A stretch of 58,387 nt of DNA, filler included, from Sphacelaria rigidula (Eukaryota): the NCBI GenBank assembly GCA_964200075.2. It is 4 parts of 4 records of this genome, joined end to end, with 100 filler letters (N's around TTAATTAATTAA, not from the genome) between each part and the next. Parts side by side here need not be neighbours in the genome. Positions count along the whole stretch, not along the records: positions 1 to 14,526 come from CAXNAA020002208.1; positions 14,627 to 29,150 come from CAXNAA020002209.1; 2 more parts are not named here. The stretch is one strand, 5' to 3'. The position numbers and the translations under genes were made by a program. The notes under the pieces are model-generated. The model was not told where the DNA came from. It saw only the letters and a program-made list of their open reading frames with translations, and searched no databases. Positions 12,700 to 26,343 of this stretch are shown one piece after another. The stretch's first letter is position 1; the number at the start of each line of letters is the position of its first letter.

Positions 12700-13300
12700 G
12701 GCATGTCGGATAGGGTATGTACCTTTGAATACTCCGGGTAAAATACCCATGTTTTACTCCACCAAAGGATTGAGTAGATTGAGTACGGCCTCAAATACTC
12801 TACCCAATCGTTGGTTAGATCGGGTATGACCTCAAATACTCTACCCAAATATTTGGTATGTGCCCTCAGCAATACCGGAGGGTAATGTATCACCTGGGTA
12901 TGACCTCAATAATCTACCCAAATATTGAGTAAGTACGCTCAGCAATACCGGAGTATAGAGTATCATTTGGGAATGACCTCAATACTCTACCCAAACTTCG
13001 GGTAGAACGAGTACGGCCTCAAATACTCCACTCAAATTTTGGGTAGATTGGGTACGACTTCAAATATTCCCCCCAAGTACTGGGTAAGCACCCTCACCAA
13101 TACCTGGGTAAAAGGTATCACTTGGGTATGAACTCAATAATCTACCCTAAAGTTGGGTATGCTGAGTACAATCGAAAATGCTCTACGCAATTTTTGAGCA
13201 GATTTGATACGATGTCAATTACTCGACCCAAAAGTTTGGGTATCAAGAGCATGACTTTTAAAATATACCGAGTATTAGATATACGATTACCGACCTGCCC
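12700..13300. repeat. TIR element with internal degenerate array (ACCTCAAATACTCTACCCAAA...GGGTA)
   Basis: Ends GGCATGTCGG and CCGACCTGCC; many internal subunits; related fragment at 14370-14450. Confidence 0.65.
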
Positions 13301-14526
13301 TTGAAGCTTTGCCCATGTGTAGATTGAGGCCGCAGGTAGGTGTTGACGCAACAGTATCGGCGACCCAAGGCGTTTGGTGCGTTGTGTGTATCATGCACCA
13401 TGCTGCCACTTCTTTCGCACTCCCCAATGAAACTTAGAGAGGGGTATCAAATTGGCGCGGAGGCAGCGACGGATCTTGCCAGCATTTTCGTTTAACTCGG
13501 CCCGCTTATCGGTCGACGCTCGCAGTAACGTATTCAACAACCATCATTTAGGCTTCGTCACATATTTGAGGTTGCTGCTCTCAGAGTATATACGCCGTCT
13601 CGAGCAAGACGTGGCTGTACAATCAAGTTGAAGAGAACTGTGTCTTCTGCCAACGACTACTATGAAGCTGTTCGGGGAGAGGGCAACGTCCGCTTACAGG
13701 GATTACTAGGGTTTGCTTGGCCGGCATCACGACAGATTGACCACGACGGGGGCTGTTCTTCTTGTCTTGTATCGGAATCAACCGGCATATTTTTTCGAGC
13801 GGGCTCCCACGTGAACATGTTGAGCTTTCTCCGATGTTCCCGTAATCGACCGATTTCCGGCGTTTCCTACCGTTCTACTTGGTTCTAGAATAGGACAGGG
13901 TCCAAGTTGCAATTTTCACCGATGGATTGGGGGTATTTCAGCCCTGTCGAGGCGTGGTTCGCGTCTGTAGAGAAAGTACAGTAGCACCCCTAGCATGAGG
14001 AGTACGGTAGCATATGGATATCAGTTTGGATTCATGAAAGAATATGCTCAAGGTTTATGCCTACTGTAAGCAGAGATTACAGACAGTCCTGCGCTGTCTG
14101 CACTGCACGTTTCCCCCTTCTCTTTCACATCCTACTGTATAAAACACGCACACACACTCTTAGGTAAACCGTATGAATACAGAGCAGGCAGTACTGTACT
14201 GTACTGTACTGTAGACGAGCGAACGAGTGCCGCTTCAGGAATTTCACTGTATTTTTGCGATCGATAGCTTGCAAATTCGATTGGACCCAACCCGCGAGAA
14301 ATGAGCGAATTCGCTTAAATCAATTTCATCGCACTTTTTCTAACGATCGAAAAATGATTGCGAAGACACGGCCTCACCCAATATTTGGGTAAAGCATTGA
14401 AATCGTGTCCAATCTACTCAAAAATTGCGTAGAGTGTTTTATCGTACACAATATACCACGGTTAGGACAAATTATCACGACTCAAAATCATCAAATTCAC
14501 GATTTCTTCGGCCTGATTGCCCAAAA

Positions 14527-14626
14527 NNNNNNNNNNNNNNNNNNNNNNNNNNNNNNNNNNNNNNNNNNNNTTAATTAATTAANNNNNNNNNNNNNNNNNN
14601 NNNNNNNNNNNNNNNNNNNNNNNNNN
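14527..14626. other. Artificial contig linker (44 N + TTAATTAATTAA + 44 N)
   Basis: Identical 100-bp structure at three places; TTAATTAATTAA gives stops in all six frames. Confidence 0.97.
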
Positions 14627-15239
14627 GAATTTAGGTCAGGGAAAGCACGGCTTTAAAGTTGAACCTCATTTGTTTTTCCAACTATATTTTCGAGAATCTG
14701 CTGTTCAAAGGAAGTAGTAAAGTGAGGGAAAAAAACAGCTTCGGTATATATCATGTCTATATCCATTTTGTGTGTTTCTGCCGGGAAACCATTGAGTTGT
14801 TTCGGTTGTTGAATGTTGTGTCTGTCGGTCCGGGACTTTCTTTGTCTAGTGGCAGTCCCTGGTATATGTACGCTGACAGTCTGTGCATTTGTCTAGGTTT
14901 TGGTGGCTTGATTTACAGCGCCGTTGCCACTCGACGCTAACCCAAGAGTCTAGAGGAGTTGGGGGGGGGGGGGGGGGGGGATGTTGAAGGAAATACACGC
15001 AGACTTGCAGCACCAGCATCACCCGCAGAAGCAGCGGNNNNNNNNNNGTGTCCCGTAATGCTTTGAGTCCATCAGGGATCGGGTGGGGGGGGGGGGGGGG
15101 GGGGGGGGGGGTGGGGGGCTATCGTAGGAAGACTCTTGCAAACTGAAACACCTGCTTACCTCGCTAAGTAGGAGTGTGCCGTCGTAGCACACGTACATGA
15201 GGAGCTTTATCGCGAACGCTTACGCTGCTGCAGGTACAC

Positions 15240-15960
15240 AGCTTCAGAGTCGTCCGGGAACGATCAAGGTTTCAACCAACTCCAAGGAAGTCATGGATTA
15301 GTCGGAAGCAACACTGTGGAGAAAGGCGACATAGGGTGAGCCAAAGAGACTGCAAGACCTTCACGTGTACACTTTTGTTCCGAAGTCAAATGTCCCACTG
15401 GGACAGAACGTTATTGGTCCAAATTGGGTCTTCAAAGTCAAGCCGGACGAAACACACAAAGTCTCTGGCAGGGACTGTGGCGGCACCTTTGCTCCGGTTT
15501 GCAGACTCCGAAGCATTGGGATGATGCTCGCGATCGCTACTGAAATGAACGCGGAAATGGTTCAGCTTGACGTGAACATCGTTTTTCTCTACGTGAACAT
15601 TGAGGGAGACGTATTCATTGAAATGACTCCTGGTTTCGAGATCGCCAATAAGAAAGGAATTCAACTTGTCATGAAGCTGGAAAGGAGCCTCTACCGACTA
15701 GCCCAAAGCCCACGTAACTCGTGGAAAACTATAAATCAGAAGCTGATAGAACTCAAATTTATGCCCTTGGAGTCACATTCCTGCGTTTACATTTACAACA
15801 TTATAACATGGTTGTAATCATTACCCCCTACGTCGACGAACTCCTCGTAGTTGGGGGTAACATCCGCGTAATGGACGACATGAAGAAGCTAATGGATGAG
15901 TTCCAAATGAGCGCAGCGAGGAATGTGCTTGTTCTGGGCATGCAAGTCACTCGTGCCTGC
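15240..15960 (+). mobile_element. Ty1/Copia reverse transcriptase remnant, frameshifted
   Basis: WVFKVK, TFAPVCRL, QLDVNIVFL, KLERSLYRLAQSPR, then YVDELL (YVDD motif) in the next frame. Confidence 0.92.
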
Positions 15961-17784
15961 ACCCAGCAGCGCACACCGCGTCAGTATAAACACTATGACT
16001 CTAATGGTTGTGATTCAAGTGATTGTCGATTGCAGTCTGGCTGACGACATCGCTCGCGACGGGGTCACGCATACAGTACGTGAGGATCAGCCAACACTAC
16101 TGCGACATATTCAAGTGGGAAACAGCAGTAGAGTTTTTCGTTTCAATGCGTTTCTTCCATGTGCTTTTGTTGGGACGCTTCTCCTCGCCCAATGTTTGAT
16201 GTGAGCAGTGTGGAATCGTAGTGCGGAATCGACGCATATTAAAATGCGGCGCAAAACTGGGGAGCAATAAGAATTTTCGAGATCAGTATGGGACGCCTCA
16301 CGGGCTAAACATTCGTCGAGAAGGGGTCATAGTAGCAAGCAGCGCTAGATTCTCACTACTGAACGTTTCCGTGCCAACGAACCAATTCCGACCGACCGCG
16401 ATTCATTGGGTTCGGTGTATGTAGTTGTAGGCAGGGTAATTGCGCGAAACAAGGGGATTTATGGGTGTGGGCACATATACTATCTCGTATATGACCGCTA
16501 TGGGCTTAAACGTGAGTGAAGACGTTGTCAAGCGATGTAAACGCATATCTTATGTTGATATTGGGAGTACATCAAAGCTCCTGCACCGATGGTTCAAAGT
16601 GGTTCCTTCGTGCAATGCTCCGCCCGACACTTCCCCTCGGCTATCGTGGCATGATTAATGTGAAGGTGCCGTACGTGTACTCACCACATGGTCAAGAATC
16701 TCAGTTACATTGCCGTTTGGGGGGAATGTGTGGGGTAGCGTACACTACCGCCGACGCATCCGTGCAATTTCTATGCGCTCATCAGTCGTTACGCTGTCGA
16801 GAGTACATTTTTAGTTGCGTCTACAGCAGATGAATACATACATACACATGCATAGCACCTCAAAGCGTACTAAAGGACAGCAAAGAGAAACCTGCTCGAG
16901 GTCCGCTCGGTGTTGGCATGGAAGTCGGCTTGAAAGATCTAGATGCGGTTCGTGACAGGCCTAATACTGAAACGAATTCCAAATTAATGCTAAAACGAAT
17001 GAAGAAAGACACACGGAGTTGGGACCAACTCATCGCGAAACTTAGAATAAAAGTGCTCGATCCACTGTTGTTGCTGAGCACCTCCTTCTCGCCCCCCCGC
17101 ATGCCCCCGCTTCCTGTGTGCGCCATGTACTATTTCTTGAGTAGAGTTTATCTCTTGGGGGAAGTCATATCATAAAGCCCACGGCTAACTGGCGGTGTCT
17201 CAATGAAACGTGCATGTGAACTTGGACGGGCTTGAGAACGACCACATTTCCGTTGGTAAACACTCCACTGGGAGGGCCCTACAGGGGATTCTTGCCATAA
17301 ACTTTCCGCTAGCCTAGAAGGGGCTTTTCTTACCATCACTATCAATGTCATACATCATGCATGATTGCACGTGGTCGCATCTCGCCGCACTACGCCAAGC
17401 ATGAACTCATGGGAAACAGTTCATTTAGGCCCATTTGCATGGTGTGTATGAGAATGTACGATGAAAAATGTACGACTGTCGCAAAAAGTCAACATACGAT
17501 TTGTGCAGCGCTTGTTCAATATCGAAAGCCAGTACCGGTGGCTATCACTGTCTGGGTCAGCCATATGTAATTCCTTACGGCACGAGGCATTCTCCGATCC
17601 ACAAGTGTTACGGACATATACCCAGCGCTGCTACGGTAATTCATGGGAGTATATGGGCCAAGATTTCAACAGCGTCCTTAGCTATCCGATCGTGATTTCC
17701 TCAAATAAGTATCAGGGTTCATTTGCGGTGAGGTCGTGATTGTAACGGTGGAGGATAGGGTTCATGCCGTAAGAGGAGGGGACA

Positions 17785-18660
17785 AGTACTCATGACATTG
17801 CATGCCGTTGTCATAAAACCATCGAACTCGCATCCCAGCAGAGCCGGGACGGAGTACGCCGTCTTCGCCGGACCAGGTGCGCAACTCATCACCGAGCGCA
17901 AAGCGCCGTGGCGTGTGTGGTATTGGGAATAAAGGAACCCCTTCGAATCCTTTGCAATTTAACGGGAAACCCGATTACGATTCAGCATCAGCAGTACGTC
18001 ATACTCGGAAAATAGGAAAGATATACAGTATGGACGGACTCACCGCACACTCAGAATAATCATGTAGGATAATAAAAAGGTCAAGGCAAAGAACTCGAAT
18101 GTCAGAATAAGGGAGAGCTAGGTAGATAGAGTCAGATATACGATTTTATAGTACAAGGAGTTTTGTTGACAGATGTTTCAGTTCGAGGCAGCCTCTCTTG
18201 TTCACGCTCCTGTTTTTCACTCACACAGGCTTACTGGCTTGTCATTCGTTCAATGCGTTGAGAAGAGACTCAAGAGTTTTATTCTGTGTCGGTCACGTAA
18301 GCGTCTGTGGGAACCATCGTGTTTTCACTGCACAAAGCAAGTGTTTCATTAAAACTACGCATCCTCTGCGAGCTCTCTTGTTAGAGCGGGGCTCACGAGT
18401 TGAAGCAGTGTTCCTGTGTATTTGACAGCTGAAGACAGTGCGGCATACTTTGGTGCACAAACAAGCCACATACCTAATAGTTGGCGAGTCGCATGACGGG
18501 TGAGCTGCATCCTGCTAAGATGTTCGGCTCGAAGCGAAGTGATTTCTTGAATATGGGTGACAGTCTCGAACGAATGGCTTAATATCCTGGTGTCGCCACT
18601 TCCAGAAACGACCATGGGTCACACTGCCTGATATATGACTCACCGTTGCCATCACTGGAA
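17785..18660 (-). mobile_element. Fragments of the ...GAGTACA-ended repeat family
   Basis: Reverse complement of the terminal motif at 17785-17880; 18480-18600 matches 780-905. Confidence 0.65.
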
Positions 18661-19492
18661 GAGTAGGAAGGACATACTACGAGCCATTTCAAAGCGAAGG
18701 TGTTGGAGCGGAAGACGGCACTGAACGACCACAGCGAACATGATCACTGCACGTATTTGATTCGATGACAGGTGCATGTGCTATTGTTTTGAAAACACAC
18801 CGACACACACACACACGCTGTGTTGTGTCATCTCCTTGGTCAGCGTGCGCTTTACACGTAGAAAGGATGTTGCAGAAGGTGACGAATGATGCCGTATACA
18901 GTAGTAACTCATGGTTTGGTTTATAAGCGGTGTCCCGCTTTGGCTAAGCTTTGGCGTAAACACGACGCGTCTCCTTTCAGCATATAGTTGTTGTTCGTTT
19001 TACACAAGAGCTCTGCGTGATTTTCAAGTGATATATATATGGAGCGAGTGTTTTGGATTTGGTGGTGGTGTTGCTGTTACTATTACCATTGCGATGGAAT
19101 AGACGTTCATCCCGATGTTGAGAGTTCGTTCTGCGGTGTTTTGTGAGCACGCGATGATCTGGCTTCTTCAATTTTCTACCGCTGAAATAGTCATGATACG
19201 TTTGCAAGAGAAGAGGTTCTCCACTGGTTCCGCACGCATATCATGTCATGCAGCATGAACGAGACGCCGTGAACCACAGAGGACTCGTACCGTGGGAGTT
19301 GATATTCCCGCGTGCTTTTGAATATGTGTTTCCGTTTGTTTTATGAATGATGCGTTTTTTCGAGGAAATAAAACCTATGCCATCCGTATGTTCAGTGTTG
19401 CGGCCGGATACAGGTAAGAAATAGAGTGCAAGATACAATATCCGACACGAAGTATCATCGTCACCTTCTCTTTGCTGAATTACAGGTAATAG

Positions 19493-19919
19493 CACGGGAC
19501 ATTACAAATTGGGGATGGATCTTTTATAGGGGATGGAAACCCGGAGGATTCAAACCTTCGTATCCAAACGAAATGTTTGAAGTATGCTTCCATTTCTTCA
19601 CTTGCTGGTAAGCTATTGACAACTTATACACGCCATAGAAATTTGGATTTCGATGACCGAAATGTCGGGGTCCTAGGTGAAAAACCAATTTGGGGGATTT
19701 TAGGTGTCCGATCGGACGCCAAAATTGGTTTTTCACCTCGGACCCCGATATTTCGGTTATCGAAATCCAAGTTCGTATGGCGTGTAGTAGTTGTCAATAG
19801 CTACCAGCAAGTGAAGAAATGGAAGCATACTTCGAAGATTTGGTGGAGATACGAAAATTTTATTCCTCCGAGCTTTCATCCCCTATAAAAGATCCATCGC
19901 CAATTTGTAAAATCCCGTG
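19493..19919. mobile_element. Foldback element, near-complete 427-bp palindrome
   Basis: CACGGGACATTACAAATTGG...CCAATTTGTAAAATCCCGTG; no clear TSD. Confidence 0.85.
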
Positions 19920-22900
19920 TTTGATGTGTCTCTAGCTACACGCGCGGCCATTCGGCTACCCCCTTAAAATACTCTATCGCGATTTTCATTCTCTCGAGGG
20001 TAAAGTGACCCTCCAGAGGATAAAAACACCATCTAGAGGATATTTCATACTCAGCTCCGGTCATAAAACGAATCCTCGTGAGGGCATCTGATGCTACAGT
20101 GACTTCTGAGGTCTGAATCCCTTCATAGTACCAAAAATATGGTGCTCTGGAGTACGCGGTTTTTGTGAACGTCCCTTAGAGAGAAATATGAACAGCAGAG
20201 GGGAATATAGGCATAATTCCTCTGGAGGAGGGACACACTATGGCCCCTAAGGCATTTGTTGGATATAGCCGTGCAGTATCCTCCAGCGTGTACATTTACA
20301 CTTGTGCACTTGTGTCCTAACTGCTTCCAGGGCACCTTTGGGACCCCGGCGATCTTGTGGTATGGACCATCACGCCAGATATACAGTATCAGCCGCCGTT
20401 CACAGATTGAATTGCAAAGCCGACAACACTTATTCTCAGCTATAATACCACCACAATAACCCTGCAGCAAGGAGCACGAGCCGGGCACAGGGATATAGAT
20501 ACACACTGCAGTGGTTGAGTATGATGTCTTGTTGGTGAAAGTTTGAACTTGAGCATCTTCTTCCATGGTCGCGGAGTCGCGCGGTGCCGGAACGATGCGG
20601 GGTAGGGTGCGGACAATAACCGGCGGCCTATTGCATACACACCCATGGACAGTGCAGGTAGACAAAGCTGCGCACACTGTTCAAGTTGTTTTCACGTCGC
20701 ACTGTAAGCAGTGAACATACATATAGTCGTGTGCTACCTGTACTGAACTTTGCCCGCTCCCCCTTCACGTCCTACTGGCTGCAGCGGTGAGCATGCTGCA
20801 AAAACGGGCGTCGTGATGTATACGCAGTAGCTGACGGTATATAACACCCCTATCCACCCAAAGGTACAGGCATCCACTTTGTTTAGCCATACGTGACGCA
20901 TATGCCGCGCTCACTCTGCAGAATATTGCACCGTACGTTTATAAGCGCGATATGGTACTGTCCTGCACGGAATTGAGGGGCAAGAGGATGGGTTTTCAAC
21001 ACTTTCTGCTGTCTCTTGATTATCATCCACTGAAACGGTGCAGTATGTAGGATTTGAACAGCAGAAGCCGCTCGCAATTAAGTTTTTGTGTTGCCCAATT
21101 TCAGGTATTGGTGGGCAAAATGAGGATTTATTTCGAACAGCTTCTGGTGTAATAATCCCATCTGCGAGTGTATACGGGATTTGTACAGCCTCCGCTGCTC
21201 GAAACAAATCATTTTTGCCCGATTCCAATAACTTGGAATTAGGATTTATTTCGAACAGCAGAAGCTGTACGAATTCCAGATTTCCAGAGCACTTGTGCCT
21301 TGAAAAACAACCCAGGGGATTTTAATATTGACACAGATCTTCGAGGGCCCAAACATTGAAATTCCTCCAGAGGATTACGAATACCCAAGATCCTTTGGCG
21401 GGAAATTCAAAACGGATGGACCCGAGGATGACGTTTGGAAATTTCTCCACAAGGTAGCCGAATGCCCTCCTGTGTATATTCTCCTGCTTTTTCTTCCATG
21501 AGCATGCCATGGTAGAGGAGCACTTCTTCTCCTGGGGCTCTCTGTTGCAGAAGCCTATCGATGGTCAACATCTGGGCCTTTGCGTGCAGCCTCACAAAAC
21601 GTGGCACGCGCACCCCTACTGTGGCATCATTCCCATTTAGTAGATGCAACTAGCTATCAGTGTATTACTCTCTTGCAGTGTACAGGTACTGTAGGGTAAG
21701 AGATAGATACGAGAGCAGGAGAAAAACAAGGGTCCTTACCACAGTTTCTTCGGGGACAGAAGTGATGAAGTCGCAGTAGATCTTCCGACCGAGACTGGCG
21801 TGTTATGTGAAAACATGATGTTGTGTACCAGGTGCTGAACTATCACCCTCGCTCCCCTATGAAACAACATGCCAGTCTACAACATGGGTGCCGAATCTAT
21901 TTTGAAACTTGCTTTGCTGCCACAGTCACGTGGAATAGTAGTATACAGGAGGCTAACACTCAGGCTACCATGTCATAATACAACGTGTCAAAAGTTACCG
22001 AAATATTCTATAAAGCCGTAAGTGAGCACTGTAGTGGTAGCGTTCATCTCGTTCCCTCGTGTACAGCATATATTCAGCAGATGATGATGAAGCAGCCGGA
22101 AGTGTTGCCTGTAAAAGATAGCACAAATATTCCACTGTAGGGCAGTAACGTCCTTTGCCGTGCAGCAGCAAGAGGTAGCACCGGTATGAGCCACTGACGA
22201 TCAGTCGAAATCTCTCGTGAGCCTTACTAGAGTAGCGAGAAGCCTCGAAATCGAACGATGGTGGCTGGCTCGACACCACCTATAATAGCCAAGAGCTTCA
22301 TGGCACAAACCCTTCAAAACGGACTTGCTACAAAAATGACATGCAGCTCATTGCTATTTTTCTTGAACCGATCTTTGATGTCAAATAATCATCAAAGGCC
22401 TTATTCCGATCATTCAACACCGTTTTTCGCGTGAAAAGATGGCGAAGTGGATACTGTATTGCTATCTCGACATGACTTGCCGTGGCACCCGAGAGGATTC
22501 CGGCCCACTCGAACGAATTTTGATGCACGAAATTTGGCTCTTGCTCGGGAAACACTGACGCAAGGGTGTCGAAAAATCACGAAAGTAACCGTAAGCTTCG
22601 AACGGTGCTCATTGTTTTCCTGTCAGCGACACTGAACTGTACAATCCCAGCTACAGGAGTAAGTACTACTGACGTGCCCAGAACATCGAAACATTGCCAT
22701 TTCGATGCCCTACAGCAAGGACACCAGAAGCTAATCTTGACTTTATTATGGACCAACTACTTACTTGGATCAGTTGAAGACTCACCTAATAATTGAATGC
22801 AGGGTTATCAGCCTGCACCCCATGCACCGGCAACAGCTACTCGACCCAAGACTGCGAAGACCGATTTACTCGGGTTCAGTCAGCAGGTATATCCGCCTCT

Positions 22901-23161
22901 CAAGTTCAGCATGGTCCACCACATGTTAATGTTCAGGCACGAGGGTCTTTTTCGCCAGCGTAACAATTTACAGCGCGCAGAGGATATCTCATGAACTTCA
23001 CATTTTCGAAACCCTTCTCCTTATCACCCAGCATGTGCAAAACCCCAAATGCTGAAAGACCATAAATCCAGGTTTCGAAAGTGTCGAATTCACGAGATGC
23101 TTTAACAAGTCTTACGCTAGAAAAGAAGAATGCGTCCCCGGAACTCTCGGGTGTCAATTAA

Positions 23162-23577
23162 CAGTGGATTCTCGAAAATGGGGTTAGAACAAGAACTGAG
23201 GTTCAACTCAAAAGCCGTGTTTTCCCTGGCCTAAATTCATGACAAATGACTTTCATACGGACGACCTCATCGATCCCGACCTCCCCAGAACTATTTCGGT
23301 GGGTTTCAAGCCTTCCGTTTCCCCAGGAGTATGTGCGAAAGCACGATTTTTGGGCCAAAAAATGTCATTTTTTCACCCCGAATTCGAGGCAAAAGTCTGC
23401 TTCCGCACTTATCCTTTGGGGGAATGGAAGGCTAGAAACCCCCGAAAATAGTTTTAGGGAGGTCGGGATGGATGAGGTCGTCCGTATGAGAGTCATTTGT
23501 AGTGAATTTAGGTCAGGGAAACACGGCTTTTGAGCTGAACCTCATTTTTTTTCAACCCCATTTTCGAAAATCCATTG
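23162..23577. mobile_element. Foldback MITE flanked by TTAA (or TA)
   Basis: TTAA|CAGTGGATT...AATCCATTG|TTAA with long inverted arms; another arm fragment at 14627-14705. Confidence 0.85.
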
Positions 23578-23630
23578 TTAATTACAGTCATTCGAATGCA
23601 GTGTGGTTAGTCTAGTGCGGAGGTACACTA

Positions 23631-24478
23631 CGAGCTGGGCCAGCCTAAAAACGGATTAAAGCTCTAAAAGCAATATTTCGTCGACACAGACGAGTTAGGC
23701 CGTGATCCGCATATCGTATTAACCGTTTAATCAAGGGGAAGGTGCCCATATTCTCAAAAATTTGGGTCCATATTTCTCGTTGATTAAACCCCATGTCTAG
23801 TAAATCCTATACCTGAGGGAGATAGCGCCAATACTGAAATCTCTATGAAATTCTCGATCGATGTATTTAGCGGATGGCGACAAATTTTGGTGTGGAGAAC
23901 CACAAAAGTGTGCCGTCTAAAACAAGAATAGGCCTTCCATTTTTTTTTTTTCGTCGAGGTTGGGGCTTCTCGTGAAATATGGTCTTTACCATAGTAGAAC
24001 GCCCTAAACCAGTGGAAAAAATTGAAACAAATCAACCCGACCCACTTTATTTTGGTAATTATACCTTAGAGAGCGCCCACACAAGATTTCAATACACAAA
24101 CACCAAACGTGGGCCGGTAAATGGCCTGCAAAATACTGTTCCGAATGTCTTCTGACCATGTCACTAAACGACCCATTATACGGTCAATAGTTGGAGTTGG
24201 ACCCTGAAATTTGGTATGGACGATGAGTTGGACATAAAATAAAGTAAAATACTGGCGCACATAAGGTTTTTTTTTCCATGGGTTGAGGGCAATAATCAGT
24301 TATCAGATATCGGCAAAATGCCCCTAACTCATGTAGAAAAAAAAAACTTGTGTGCGCCAGTAATTTTTTTCATTATGCCCTACTCATTGCCCATACCAAA
24401 TTTCAGGGTCCAACTCCAAGTATTGGCCGTATAATGGGCCTGCAAACTGCAGCATCGCTTCTCGGCTGGCCCAGCTCG
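23631..24478. mobile_element. Non-autonomous Tc1/mariner-like element
   Basis: TA|CGAGCTGGGCCAGCC...GGCTGGCCCAGCTCG|TA; internal inverted repeat at 24170-24440. Confidence 0.85.
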
Positions 24479-25740
24479 TACTCATTTCAACTTCAACATG
24501 AGCGACAACTAACTTGGACTAAGTGCGTTGTATAGCTGGTACTCGAATACAGTGTGGTCCGTCGTAACTCTATGAAATACCGATAACTGACTCGGCAATG
24601 CGAATACCTAATGAATTGATTTTCTGCACGGGCACATGGACTACTTGGCTTTTGTACGGGAAATATATCATCGCTTGTATCAAGCACGGTCATTGAATAG
24701 CACTTGAATTCAGTGATGTCATTCTGAATCCCATGAGACACCGATGAGATATCAGCGCTACGGAACACAAGATTCCCACGATACTACCCTTCAAAACTAC
24801 CATATTCAACTTTGCGGGGGCTATGGTGTCGTGTGCGAAGTCTACAGGCATCATTGTCTCAAGGAGTAGAAGTGCCATTCTTCCGATCAGATCGACTTAC
24901 TGCGGCTGCTGGAGCAGAGCAGCCCAAAAGGAGGCGCCGAAAAAGCACTCTCCCTCATTATACCCTGCGTTTTCTTTCATCTACCGAGTGAGACAGTTCG
25001 CTTTTGGAGAGTTTTGGAAACACCTTCAAAAACGTTTTCGTGAGATTGGGAGTAGAGCACGCAATGAGAGTGGTTTTGATCATTTGCTTTAACTTCACCA
25101 TTTTAGCATCCCGTGTGTGCTCTTCTTCACCTTCACCACTTGCGTGTGCTTACAGTTACACGTACATATCCTACTCAGGAATATCAAGGGCCTCGGTGGC
25201 CAGCTACTACAGGATTATATTGGGCTTCGTGGAGGGGCATTTCGGAACTTAAACGATTCATTCACTAATTGGCCGATTTTCACTCTCAATCGTATCCTCT
25301 ACTCTTAATCTCACGAAAACACTGGTCTTTTTACTTAGCGTATTTTTTGTCAGCATACGTACGTCATCCATTCGACACTTGCGGAAACTTGCAATACTTC
25401 TCTCTCTCAGCGTTTTGGATTTCGAATGCATGGCGTGAGAATAAAGTGTTGTTTATCAGTCTTCATTTCATCAAATACTTGCGCTGACAAAATTAAAGAA
25501 TTCATGGGATAAACGCGTTTCCGACTCTCTCCCCCTGTTGTTGTTGTGCTGATACTTTTCCCTGCCCCTGTGTCAGGCGGCCGGTTTGCCGCTTCGCCTC
25601 TGCAGTTCCGACCTGAAAATGACTTTTTCCTTTCGGTGGCGGTTACAAGTATGTTCGGTGTCTTTGACGAGTGAACGCGCAACCAGCATGAAGAATCTGC
25701 AGCTGACAACCGTGGAATCAAATGATCACCCAAGGTAATA

Positions 25741-26343
25741 CGAGCAGGGCCAGTGAAGAGTCCCGTCGGCGATAGAACAGTGTTGCTCTGGTTAATTTGC
25801 GGAATGAAGATCTAAACTTTCGACACGAAATTTATATCATCAACACGCAGAAAGTAGCGGGAGCTGCCAAGAAGGGAAGAAAAGCAGAAAGTGGGGAAGA
25901 TTTTTTATTTCGAAAAACAAAATGAAAACAAAGTGATAAAACTCGACGAAAAATAGAGCTGATAGCTTCCGTGAAGGACTTTCAACTTTTTTGTAGTATC
26001 CTTGTAAACGTTCGGCTCGAAACCCCTGAAATTGGGCAGGTCAATCGACGTCTTGTAGGACACCGCTGAACCTCGATGTCTGACTGGTACAAGAGACTTC
26101 TACAAGGGCATAAGGTCAAGAGTTCGAATCCCGACAGATACTTTCTTGCAGAATCTGGTCGTTGAAGTCATATACTATGCAGTACATGTTTTTCTTTTTT
26201 TTTTCGTTCGCGGCAGAGCGTGCATCAGCAGCTCGGTCCGCAGTTTGCAGCGTGACAGTATATCTATATACCGGGTCAAGTTGGGATAATGAAAGAGGTA
26301 AAGTGTGCCAAAGGACTGCGGGTTTCTTAGCTGGCCGAGCTCG
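25741..26343 (+). mobile_element. MITE, same TIR family, with internal tRNA-like B box
   Basis: TA|CGAGCAGGGCCAG...CTGGCCGAGCTCG; GAGTTCGAATCC at about 26120. Confidence 0.7.

Larger units (their letters stand above)
20120..25730 (-). pseudogene. Long decayed gene of an unrecognised family, interrupted by MITEs
   Basis: Chain of broken minus-strand frames; LNINMWWTML and SSWSIIKSRLASGVLAVG resemble the 49.0-49.2 kb domain; similarity to 39.9-41.3 kb; probable short GT-AG intron at about 21690-21740. Confidence 0.5.

Noticed and set aside
12700-13300. CRISPR-like or telomeric array
   Set aside because: Degenerate tandem subunits without unique spacers and no TTAGGG tract
14571-14582. TTAATTAATTAA as a biological site
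   Set aside because: Embedded in N runs identically three times; it is a scaffolding linker
21407-21649. SF2 helicase (VLLYHGML resembles a helicase C-terminal motif)
   Set aside because: No Walker A, DExH or motif VI found nearby
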